DNA of 64,000 nucleotides, from contig JAHLWZ010000423.1 in NCBI GenBank assembly GCA_020536535.1, forward strand, positions 62,001 through 126,000, in the 5' to 3' direction. This document shows positions 12,101-24,471 of the stretch, piece after piece. Positions within the stretch are counted from its first letter, which is position 1. Every line of letters starts with the position of its first letter. The translations under genes and the position numbers were made by a program. This DNA comes from Pelomyxa schiedti. Taxonomy: Eukaryota; Protista; Evosea. The notes beneath the pieces were generated by a model. It was not told where the DNA came from. It saw nothing but the letters and a program-made list of their open reading frames with translations, and ran no database searches.

Positions 12101-15100
12101 TTCAATAGGTGGTGCAGGGAGTCTGGATATACTTAGCTCTTTCTAAAGGAGAATGTGCACACCCTCTAAGAGAAGTGGGAAGTCGTTGGAAACAAGTTGC
12201 GAAAATGAGTCTAAAAGCCAAGACCATATTTCGGCTGAAGGAATTTTTGTATTATCTGATGCAGAGGGGTCATAGAGTCTCCGTATAAGTCCAACAAGCA
12301 GTTCTTTACGCTCCGAGGAAGCATACCCTTTTCCAGTGAAGAGTAAAAGCTACAGGAACAAAGTGAGGAATAGAAGGTTGATTAAGTAAACAACGTTTTA
12401 CCTCCTTTACATTGAATTGTCCAATTACTTTTGCCAGATATTCATGGTCTTGGCTCCTGCTGTCAAATACTTTGAATGTGTACTGGTAATATGTCATATG
12501 AGGTACGCATAAAAATATTGTGAAACCTCGAGCATTTTTTGGAAAGTTGAAGGACATAGGTGGGGTTTGAAAAGCTGTATGAGGGATTCTAACTTGACAC
12601 TCAAGATGTTGTTGAGCAGCTTTTCTGAGGGCTAGCACAATTAGACGAATTAAGTTTGGATGTCCTGTGGATAACATTGTGGTACCTCAGGATATGGAGA
12701 AATAAAGGTTTCAGAAAGAACTTTAAGAGGTTGTAGAATTAATTGATGTGTCGGAGGGTATTGTTGAATTTCTGGACGAGTCCAAAAATACATCAGTATG
12801 TTGAATAAAAGGATTCCTTTTGAGTGAACTTGTTGTCTCTACAGCAAGTGAATTTGGTTTTTTTTTTTTCAGTCCCACCTCAAGTTCGTTGCAATATTGT
12901 GCAGAATGTACAATTGTCTGAACTGCATTTTCGATTTGGAGGATACTTACACAAAAACGGTCACTGTTCAACGGAGCTTAGTTGGAGCTGATATTGGTAA
13001 AGCAACACACTTCGTTGAAGCAATTGAAGCACTGTAATTTGCCTGCGCTTGTGCTTCTGTAAGTTGTATCTCCACTTGCAAATCCTTCTGCACTTTCTTT
13101 ATGTGGCTAAGTAGGTAACCAATAAAAGAAGGCTTTACCCATAGTGTAAACTGAAATTGGGAAGGTGGGCAGCCTTTGGTGCAGACCTGATCTGTTGTGA
13201 ATGATGTTAGATGGAGTTGTGGGGACTGCAACCTTTTGATGTTTGTATTTGTATGTTGACAAACAGTTTCTCAATCAAATTTTGTATGAGGACATCAGCT
13301 TGAGAATGTTTGTTAAAGTTGTTCACAAACATCATTGCAGATTGTTGTACTGGTCTCAATTCTTCCTCAATAGCCACTTGCAACTAAAACAGTATCATGA
13401 ACGGGAAAAACATATTTTAGAGACATACTGAATCAATGTTAACAGGAGAAACTTGTGGAAGAAGAACCACTGCAGGTGCTGGGAGGCAATGCTCATCAGC
13501 AAACACTGCATCACTGAACAGTTTGATCCAACTTTTTGGAGTTTGGACTTGTGTTAATTCAAAGTGTTGAATCTTTTTTGTTGAAGGTTCTGGCAAAATA
13601 ATCAGATCCATCCACAGATGAGAGGAGTCTAAGAAAATTAAACATAAGAATGAAATGTGTGGTAATGTTTTTCCCACCATGTAAAGTTTGCTTTAGAACA
13701 GAGGCCAAGCGGGAAGGAAGGAAGTTTGGTTGCAAACTTTCCAGGAGAGTGCTTCGCTTTTTTTGTGAATGTATGTCTGTGAGTTTTAGCCACATAATCA
13801 TTGCGCTGTATAGGGAAGCTAATTGTGTGTGCTTCTCGGCAATAACTGGACCATTCTGTGAGGACTTGGACACTATGGTGTGATGGTCTGAGAGAGTAGA
13901 TAGTCTTTCTGAGAGCTTTCTCTTGAAGTCACTGTATAAGTGGTGTTGACACACAAGATGGATTGGAAAGAGTAAGAAGTACGCATAAGAGGATGTCAAT
14001 AGCAAAGTGCATGGATGCAATCCAGTAGGGATATCAAAGTACAAAAAGAAAAACATTTGCCACATGACAGGGAGAAGCGGCGCACTAGGAGGGGTCTCCA
14101 GTATCCAATTTGCCCACTGGAAAAGTTTCAAGTTGGAAATAACAGTTGCTGTCATGAGGGAGTTAGTAAACAAAACTGGTGCTGGAGATACCAAGCTGAG
14201 AGGCACTGAGGGATTTTTTGATAATTTCAGAAGCAAGTTTTTCTCGGTCGATGGCATTTTGTTGTGTTTCCAAGTCTTAAAGATGGTAACCACATTTCTC
14301 AAATTTAGTTGGAGGCAAATACATACAGAAAACAGAAAACACCACCCATGAATTATTTGCACAAGTTGCATTGGAAACTCTAAGACCAAACAGCTCCCCA
14401 GCAGGTTTCCAAGGAAGAAGTGATGTTTGTGGAGGTGCAAAAAGAGATTTGAACCAGCCTTGCGGCTCTCTGATGTGATTGTTATTATCGGGGTTTTATA
14501 CTGAATGAGAGGAAATACGGAGTAGCTTTAATGGCATCCAATAAAGTAATCTGACAGTGTGGAAGTGGTAAAACATGTTCAGATAAGAATGATGCATAGA
14601 GAACAATGTTCAGTATAGAAAGCAGGTCTTCCCTTTTGTTCCAATTTTCGATGGAAGTAACAACTAAAAAGTCTTGGAAAAGAGGCAAGGTTTTCCACCA
14701 TACACTTAAACCAGAAGGAAGCCACAAATGGAGACACTGATGACTCAAGTCGAAGGATTTGGGCAAAAAGGATTTGCTTTAATCTGTGTAGGAACGGTTT
14801 TAATTTCTGCTTTGTTCCCAGGATTCTTGTGCATCGAGGAATGTTAGCTTTGACTGTCAATAAATCCTGGAGATTGTAACTAACACAACCTTTTTAAAGG
14901 AGTAATGGAACCGAAAGTGTGCCAATCATGACTGGAGTTATGTTATTGTTTGGATGGTGTGCAACTACTGCCATTGGCAGAATATCACTTATAACCCACA
15001 GTACAGCCAGGTAGTGTTGGTGATGTGCCTGATTTCGCGTGTTACATGAAAGTTATGGGTAGGAAGGGGTGTCTCACAAGATAACTAAGTAGCCTCCAGG

Positions 15101-18100
15101 CACAGCTCTCACCAGTGAACCAATTGTTTGGATCACAACCATATGTGGTGAGAACGAGAGTTAAGAAAAGAGGAAGTGGTTGTGCTTGGGACTTTGCAAA
15201 GCTCTTGGATGTAAGGAGGACCTCCAACTGCTGTAAAAGATGTCAGAAGGGTAAGAGAGACAAGAACCCCAACTTTGGCCATGATAGTACAGGTCTTGTC
15301 TCCAAGCAAAAGGGGAGGTGGTGCTTGTTCACTAACCAAGTCAGAACAAAAACAAAAAGGGAATGAAATTTGACCTGGCATATATAGCACAGTAAGGAAG
15401 AGGTGTAAGAAAAGTCCAACACCAGGAGATAAATGAATTGTAATAAGGCTTTAAGGCGGAAAAAAAAGATTGTTGGTAGGTCGAATTATGGTGTTCCCAG
15501 GCCTACAAAATTGGGAACTTTAGAGTTAGGGAAAGAATTGCAAATGTGGGTGAACACCTCCAATACAAGGAGAACAGTTTCTCGGAGAAACTGAGGTTTT
15601 GGAAACAGAACATTTTTGGTAGCATTAAAAGGCTTTCCAAAATTCATTTTACTGAAAATTGATTGGGCAACTGCACATTCATCAGAGTCCTGTAATCGCT
15701 ATTAAGTATTTCTTCTCTCCCAAGTGTACTAACCAAGGGAGAAAATAACCAGAGACGTAAAAGACTGAGATCTGACACACGAGGCTCCCATGATACAAGA
15801 CATAAAGAGTCAAAAATATACATAACAAGTTGCTTTCCAAGTGCCTTAAAGTTGGCATTTACATGTTCCAGAATCCAGGACACCTACTCTAGTCAAAACA
15901 AAGGTTGGAAGAAGGAGCATACACAAATTGGATGAACAACACAAAGCTCACTCAGTAAACCAGAGGTAACTTGATATAGTGAAGTGCGTGTTGTAGCATC
16001 CAAATCTTACCAAAAGAATTGAATTGTGGTTAAAGTGAGTGTGGGAGAATACATGATACAATGAACAGTTCGTGAACTATGACGTTTGTTAGATCCAAGT
16101 CATCAGTGGCAGCAAGTTTTACCAGTGCTTGGACAACAAAAAGAGCTTCAACACCCGTCATATTATTCACAAAACTTGTGCGGTAAGTGGTCTCTAAGAA
16201 TTATTGTTCCAAAAAAAAAAGTGACAAAAAGAGATGTACTAGCTGTGACAGTTGACTCCCAGTGAGTTTTTTTGGTAATGAAAATTGGCTCTGAATAGAG
16301 TTAATTAAAATGTGACAATATTTCCCTACTAACCTGAGACTTTATGCAACCCATAAGCAATGCACAGAAAATACCAGGCAGTGTCAGAAGTTATCCTATT
16401 TTGAAAGATTGAGGAAAAAAAAGGTGCCAAAGATGAGAGAGCCACCTATGAAAAGGAAGACTGCATAAGAATTGCCACACACCATTGTCATGCAAAGGGA
16501 GAAGTGTATATGCAACCTAGTTTGGGATGATTCAGTTTAAGAAGAAAAAAAAAAAGAATACATCTAAAAACAATTCGCTTAGCAGGTTCTCCCCTGGTGA
16601 ATACTTTCTGGAAAATAAGTGAGAATATAAATATAATGAAGAAATAAACCTGGTAGATGGCAACTCCGCCAGTACACCAACTAAGGAAATACATGTCTTT
16701 GAGAGTAATTTGATGAAATTTTTGCAGTGCGAGAATCTGGCTATGCTTCGACAGAATACCATCAAGAGTCTTTGTAGCCAGAGACCCCCTGAACAAGCTG
16801 TACATGCGACACCCTGGGAAATGTGGGTAATGATAGGTCTGTTTCATTGTGAGGTGAACCTGTTCACTGCATACAAATGAGCAGAAGTAACTGATAGGTA
16901 CTTGCTTAAAAAATGTAACTAGGTCATCCTCTGTTAGGCAAAGTTTTTCTGTGGATGTTAACAGCACATCTTTTGGAACAAGCCCAACCTGGATTGACCA
17001 CTTCACTTTCCTCGGAGTCACGAGAAACGGGAAGGAGAATATGTTTCAAAACTGTAAGAAGGTGTTCACATGTACTCACATCCCTGCCACACTGTTATTG
17101 GAAGAATTTCTAATGTGACTGTGGTCACAACAAAAAATTTTGGGGCCAACCATGAAGGAGGGAACTGGATTAGTCTGGTTCCCCAGAAAGATGAATTTTG
17201 GGTATTAATTAGATGCTTGAGGATGAACAAGTGATCTTTGTAAGAAGCAACCCTTAGCATAACATGCACCTGGAATCATTATCAGACATATGAATAAACT
17301 CGGAAACAGTGGGTAAAAACCAAATGTTGAATCCATCCTATAATTGACTTGTAGAAATTCAATAGAGGGGAAGTAATTTCTTTTACGAGGCCAGGAGGGG
17401 GTGGTGCAATGGGTGGAGAGCCAAGCTCCATTGCATAATGAGACCCACTCCTAGCGTAATAGAACAGCACATCAATCAAGTGTCTCATCTCAGAAATTGA
17501 CTGCTGTTGTCCCACAGAAGAGTCATCATTCACAGCTTGAAAAGTAAACAAAAAAAAAAAAAAAAGGGTTGTCATTTACCAACAACAGGGGCATCATGCA
17601 CCAGTGCTCCAAAATAGTGGAAAAGAAACTGATCAATGAACATTTGAATCCTCATTCTGGCTAACTGAGCTTCATATAAGTGGAACATGAATATCTATAG
17701 ATAGCACTTAGAAGGAGAATCCCTGATATTAGTTGCCAACCATGTGGGCTCCAGTTCTGTAGGATTCTAATGACTTTTTAAAGTTTGCAAGACCCTCATT
17801 GTTGATGACTGCTGTGGAATACTGTTCGGAGCAAGAAAGGAGCTGTGAACAAGTTTTACAAGCACCCTGAACAGTATGGGACTCAGATTGAATAATCCAC
17901 ACCTTCTCTTGGAAGCTACGAATTTCTGCTTTTAACCTCTGTGAACCATGAGTACAAAACATAAAGAAATGGCAGTACCAGCAAGTCAGCAGAATACTTT
18001 TCATATCTTTGCTCCTTTTCCAAGTAATCTTTCAATAAGTCCCAAAAGTGGCTTGGATAATCAGGTTCCTTGGAGTTGGTACTTAATCACATCCAAGTCA

Positions 18101-18746
18101 CTGGTACGCAAAACCAAACTGAGCAGCTGTACCTGAATCCTCAAGGTCTTATGAAGTTTCAAATCTTCAACAATCTCAGCTTTTTGGCCAGTCAATAGGT
18201 CAGTGAGTGCTTCAGAAAGAGTCAAGGGTGAAACAGTGGTGACAACTGTAGAAGTAGAGGACATAATAGTTGTTTCAGTCAGTGGTGACAAAAGTGCATG
18301 CATTGCTGGGTACTAAAGGTGATAAGAAAATGTGGGTTGCAGTTGTAAAAAAGTGGTGTTTTTCCCCCCCCACAAACATTTGACACTTCTGTAGTGCTGC
18401 TCTCGTATTGTGGTAATCTCACTAGGGCTTCCAATTGTGGGTACTGTGGGAGGGAAACAGTGGCAAGAGAATCAATGGATGAGTTCAATGCAGGGCTTTT
18501 GATCGAATCTCCCACCACCGCCGTAACGTCTCGGTTCCCCACATCGACTCCGTTGCCTGCAGCGACCTGAATCACCGAAGTGGCCGTAGTAGTACTGCTA
18601 GATGTGGTTGTAGTCGTAGCACTAGTCGCGATGGCAGACGGAGATTCGGCACGTCGGCTACTTGCACGGATCTCGACACTCCCATTGTTAGTGAGATCTG
18701 AGGTCCCTTCCTGTCGTCTCGAGGCACTCCTGCGCTCTCTCTCCAT
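9157..18746 (-). CDS. EPG5: Ectopic P granules protein 5 homolog (autophagosome-lysosome tether), many exons
   Basis: EPG5-like blocks in the expected order: DHLFILKHL...WGTRLIQFP, LTEDDLVTFFKQVP, WEPRVSDLSLLRLWL, LPVMWQMFFFLYF. Very long helical protein; ends approximate. Confidence 0.8.
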
Positions 18747-19042
18747 TAACGACGGGGGTTTATTTTCACCGTCTCCGAGCGAGCACGGATTTTTTTTTTC
18801 AAATTTGATCGGTGGAATCAGCCTGGGGTTTTGGCAGGTCACTGTCAGAGATTAATGACAAAGAACAGGACACCGGGATGGATAATGATAGGCGCACCGA
18901 AATTCTGAGGAGAGGGTCGTTCTTTTTCCTCCAACTTCACCAGCGGCTCTGAATATTGCACTAACAGATTCCAAAATTACGAGCTTGTTTTGTTATTTTT
19001 TTTTGTTTCTGTGTTCGAACTGCCAGCGGTGCTGATATCCAA

Positions 19043-22000
19043 ATGGCGTCGTTTACCGTTGACAAGATCGTGAACGACATGTCACTGAGTGCACAGTGTC
19101 AAAATCCCGACAACAAAATGAGAAAGCGTGCCGAGGCAGAGATGTTACTTTTCGAACAACAGCAAGGCTGCCCGATGACAATTATGGTTCTTTTATTTTG
19201 CTTGGAAAGGGGTTTTTTTTAATTTATTCTCATGTATGTTAGAAAATTGCTGCACAAAGAGATATTGTGTATGACGTGAGGTGGCTTGCACTCACCTATG
19301 TCAAGAACATGATTGCCCGCATTTGGGATACGTGTGTTTTAACTCGCTTTAATTGCTTGGGAACTAACCGAATGCAGGACGATTAGTGCAAGTGAGAAAG
19401 ATACTGTCAAATCCTTACTTCTAGAACTCCTTGACGAGCAAAATGAAAAAATTGCTGCTCAAGTTCCACTTGCAATCTCTGCTATAGCTTCCTACGACTT
19501 TCCTCTTAAATGGTTCTTTGAACTTTCATGCACTTCTGACACCCATATAAATAATATTTAGGCCAAATTTACTCGAAAAACTCGTGCAAGCTATCATTCA
19601 GAAAGCTGAAACAGCAGGTGAGTCAGTCACTCATTTACAACCAAAACCAAACCAACTTTCTTCCAGAGACACTACAACAACACCTTACAGCACTGCGTTC
19701 TCTCTCATTCGTTGTAAATCTTTTCAACTCCCACCTTGCTGGAAATACGAAGCCACATTCAGTTCTTCCTTCCCAAGTACGTGGCGCAAATCGCAATGCT
19801 ACGCCTTCCGTCGTACACACAGGCGCTACACCTGGTCCTGGAGAAGACGCTGCAGCATTTATTAAACGTGTGGCCATGCCGTTACTTCAAGCTATTGCAA
19901 CAGCATGGGTACCGTGCCTGGATGCGCTGGTCAACTCCTGTTCCCAGCCCAATCAGGCTGTGCACAAACTTGTAGCCGAAGTTGCTCATATGGGTCTCAA
20001 GGTCGTTATGAATTTAATGTTAACTGGGTGAGTAGCCAAAGAAAATAAAGGTTCACTCACCTATTGATACAGCACCGTAGTGCTTAGCAACGACATTCTC
20101 GATAGACTCTTACACAACATGAAAGTCTTTATTTCTTGCAGTACATCTCCTTTGGTTCTGCTCATTAGTTAACTTTGCTCTCAGGAATTAATTATGTTGG
20201 ACATCCAATGACCAATCACTGCTTGAAACAGTTAACACGAATATCTAAAAGTCTCGTTCGTCTACAGGTGTTTTTCCTCTGTTCCCACCGACAACAACGC
20301 AAAATATTGGAAGATAAGCCTAAACCACAAAGGATAAACAACCTGAGGCTGTTGCGGGTCACCTTAGTGGATTTATGCAATTTTACTGGGATTATTTGCA
20401 ACATCTTTATGATACTTCCTATGTAAGCAACCCTGATACGTGCAGTGGTGAAGAGACTTTGGCTATTGCTGCACTGTCTTATTACCACCTGACTTTAACT
20501 AACAACAATTATACTGTATGCCCTTTTTTTAAAAAAAAAAATATAATTTTCTTCTTCAGTCTGCTTGTGGCGCACCTGCAGCAGTCCCTGAGGGAGAACG
20601 TGCCTTGAACGCATTTTTTACTCCAGATCGAATAAGACAACTCTCTAAGATGCTTCTCACACGTTTCATGTTGAATAGTGATGAAGTATTGGAATCTTGG
20701 AAGCAAGACCCGGAATCGTAAGACCGACTCTAAATGCCCAATTCTTAACCTCAGCCAGGTTTGCAGATGAAGACATCCGTGGTGCATGGCAATCTAGTGT
20801 TCAGGTAAAGTCCTGACAATTCTATATTGTGTAACACACCAAGGGCTGTTCAGAAGTTATCTTGTTCACTTTATTCCACAACTATACGAAAATTGTAGTG
20901 CCAGATTTTGTGGCTTTACTCAATACTTTTCTTACTAGTGAGTTTTCAGCACTCCCCCGAAATTTCTAACCATTACCCAGCTAGCAACCCAACTGACCTC
21001 AACTGGGTGAAGCAAAAGGATGCCCTTTATTGGGCAATAGCAATAGGTGCTGCTGATTTACGGAAGTTAGTAAACTTCGAGAATTTATTAGTCAACCACC
21101 TCGTTCGAGATTTGCAAAATCCAGAACCAAAGTAAGTGATATTTCTCTGTTAATATTAATTCATTTGGCAGCCTTCACATGCTACGACGGCGCATGGGTC
21201 AGATCCTTGTATTGTGGGCTGGGGGAATACCATCCAACCTTTTAGGGACAGTGTACAATGTTTGGCCAACTCTTTTCCCATCTAGGATTTTTACTTTTTG
21301 TAGGTTTTAATCACCTTAATGAGGGACACAGACTACGTAACACAGATGTGGGCAACAGTGGCACTCCGAAATAGTTAGCCACCCAAGAACCGAACTACAA
21401 TAACTTTCTTTTCGCAGTTATCCTTGAACCTAGCTTTGAATTGAGCTCGTTTCAAGAGTTCATGCCAACAGCTGTGCAAGCTCTAATACTTGTTGTAGAA
21501 CAGTCAAGTGAGAGTTACGCAAACACCGAACTAATAGGTGTTATCACTGTGTTATGTAAGCAGCTGGGGACAAAGGTGCTGCGTCCACTTTGAAGTCGTT
21601 TCTAAAGACGAGTACAGATTCATCCATTTGCATCCATGATTGTGAATTCTTTGGGTCATTTATGGGCAAGATGCGCCGGTAAAAACCTAATCCTTTGTGA
21701 GATTTTGAGAGTTGCTTCTTCTCTTGTGAAGGTAACGAGCTGTTTCATAATAATCACCATTCACCACCTGCCAGGCGATCGGACCAGGCGTTTCTGAAAT
21801 AGAAAGCCTTATTCTTCCCTTTATTCGGGCTTCAACGGCTCCAACCAAAGAGGCCCAAGGCATGGCTGAGGGTTTGGATCTGTGGTTTGCATTAATAGAA
21901 AATGTATTAATGTATTAGTCTCTTCCGATCTTAACAAGACTAGGTCCAGACTCCTAACACCGATACCCTACTTTTATTTGAGACCATGCCGGCGATCCTT

Positions 22001-22977
22001 GCACATCAATATTCTCTCGAGCACAGAGATTTAGTCCAACAATTACTCATGCAATACCTGTTGAAATCCCCCCCACAGTATCTTCCTGTTTGTATCCAAT
22101 TTTTTAACCTCCATTCAACAAGACTCTCATACTTCCTTGCAGGGCATCTCGTCTGTTGCTCTCCCAGAGATTACCAAAATTTTGTCGAAGCCTGAAATAT
22201 CATCACCAATGCTGTCAAATTGTTGTCATACCCTTCGACGCCTAGCTTTTCTTTCCCCGCAAACACTATCGGAAATGGCACTACCATTACAAGCTTTGGT
22301 GAAACTGATGCCAACCAAAGTATCTTTCTTTTTGCGGGGTGGATACAAACTTGAAATCCAACAATTTTTCAATGTCAGAGTACTACAGACTTGCTACACA
22401 TCTTTGGGGTGTTTTCCCAATGTATTATGTGTGACACTGGCTTTTTTGCAGGCTTTATAAACATGTTAACCACCATGCACCCGAACTCGCCCACTCCAGT
22501 TATGCACTCTTTCATTGATATGTGGCTAGCGAAAGTAAGAACACTTCCCGTTATCGCGAAGTCTTACTCTATTCTAGATTCCTTCCATACATGACACTGG
22601 ACCCTTATCTTTCTCCCTTGGATTCGTGCAAGCGTCTGCTCTTGCCAACCTTCTTGTCCTTCTCGATCCCGCCCTTTGGTCTAGGCTTCCTACTATTGTT
22701 TCCTTTTTTGCCCTTGTTTGTTCTCTTACAGAAAACAAGTATTTCACTCAATTTTGTTATCACCCACTCACAAGCGTGTAGGGATAGAAGGTTCTCATTA
22801 GGCAATGAAGACAAGGTATGTGCTCTAATCCTTTTGCTTTACCTTACTGACCACACAAAGACTCAGCTACGCACGTACATTATTCAAAAGCTACAGGAGG
22901 CAGCACAAAGACATGGCGCACCTTTTGTTGCCGTACTCAACTCAATTGACCAAAATGTGATGCGACTATTTGTATGA
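19043..22977 (+). CDS. IPO11: Importin-11 / Kap120-like karyopherin beta, about 20 introns
   Basis: IBN_N VRWLALTYVKNMIARIW; EQNEKIAAQVPLAISAIASYDFPLKWP; LESWKQDPE; KDALYWAIAIGA; LRRRMGQIL. Every intron I checked is GT-AG. Confidence 0.8.
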
Positions 22978-23386
22978 CAGAGACAGACAATAAAAGCAAC
23001 TCATTCAACCCCTCCTTTGGAAAGCGATCGAGGGCCTACAGCTAACAAAACCGGGTAGCAAGAAAAGTTTAAACAACATTCTTTTTCGAAATGTTCCAAC
23101 AAAAACATGGACAAGAGAAATTAGAAAGATAGCCCTAAGAAGCAATTGCGGCAGTTGCTCCCCGGGCAGATATTTGATCATTCTGGAAAAGAAATAGAAC
23201 AATAACAAAAAAACAGGAGGAAAAATCCGTCACAAGGACTCCTTGTTCCCGTACGTCGCGTCGTAACTCCCTTGCATCGTTTTTTATCGTTTTCGTTGTT
23301 TCCGTCGTGTAGGGAGTACCCGGCGTGCTGACGTCGGGGTTTTTCTGTAAATTTTTTTCATTTATTTTGTGTACCGTTTTCCTCAA

Positions 23387-23875
<489 letters not shown>

Positions 23876-23940
23876 GCTCACCCATTTACTGCCATATTCT
23901 TTTGTGATGAACAGACTTTTTTTCACGCCCCACATGATGC

Positions 23941-24343
23941 GGTGTTAGTGATGTTGTAACGGAAAGGATTGCGGTGTATTTCGAAATTGTAAGGTGATAT
24001 ATCTCCAAAGAGAATACCTCACGAGGGCTTGGTTCATTTACAATAGGTTCCGGCAAGTTGTCTGCTTGGAAAAGGATATCCTTTTAGCGGGGTCACACTG
24101 AAGCACGAACGAGTTCGCAGTCCTTCGGGCAGTCATCTGTTTGGTCCTGTGCAGATCGTGCGATCCCTTTTCCCGTTTGGTGGCGGTCGGCCAGTACGCG
24201 TTGGTACGCGTCGTATACGGCGGGCGCAGCGGCGTTGCAATGGGGCTGGTGTCGGTGCCGACGGCTGAGAGTTGGCCAGGGCACTCTATGATGGGTAGCT
24301 GCCAACAAGCAGAGAGTTTCCGTCCAATTTTGTTGGTAACACC
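23941..24343 (+). ncRNA. Candidate structured non-coding RNA (unassigned)
   Basis: Intergenic, no credible ATG ORF. Nested complementary pairs 23941-47/24337-43, 23959-65/24317-23, 24061-68/24306-13, 24089-94/24162-67, 24103-08/24156-61, plus hairpin 24255-24284. G-U pairs favour the + strand. Confidence 0.4.
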
Positions 24344-24471
24344 AAGTTGGGATTTTTGTTTGAAACGAAAGGGGAAAGAAGAGAGGCACCAAAAAACAAG
24401 GTGTATCGTTGTTTTTCACATCAGTAATTCAACAACCATCTCCTTTCCTTCTTACTTACTTGCTTGCTTAT

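Noticed and set aside
23311-23333. GGGAGTACCCGGCGTGCTG resembles the 3' end of 5S rRNA
   Set aside because: The upstream ~95 nt do not match 5S sequence or structure.
24031-24047. GGTTCATTTACAATAGG resembles U3 snoRNA box A
   Set aside because: Boxes C', B, C and D are not found in the right order; the region is kept only as an unassigned structured candidate.
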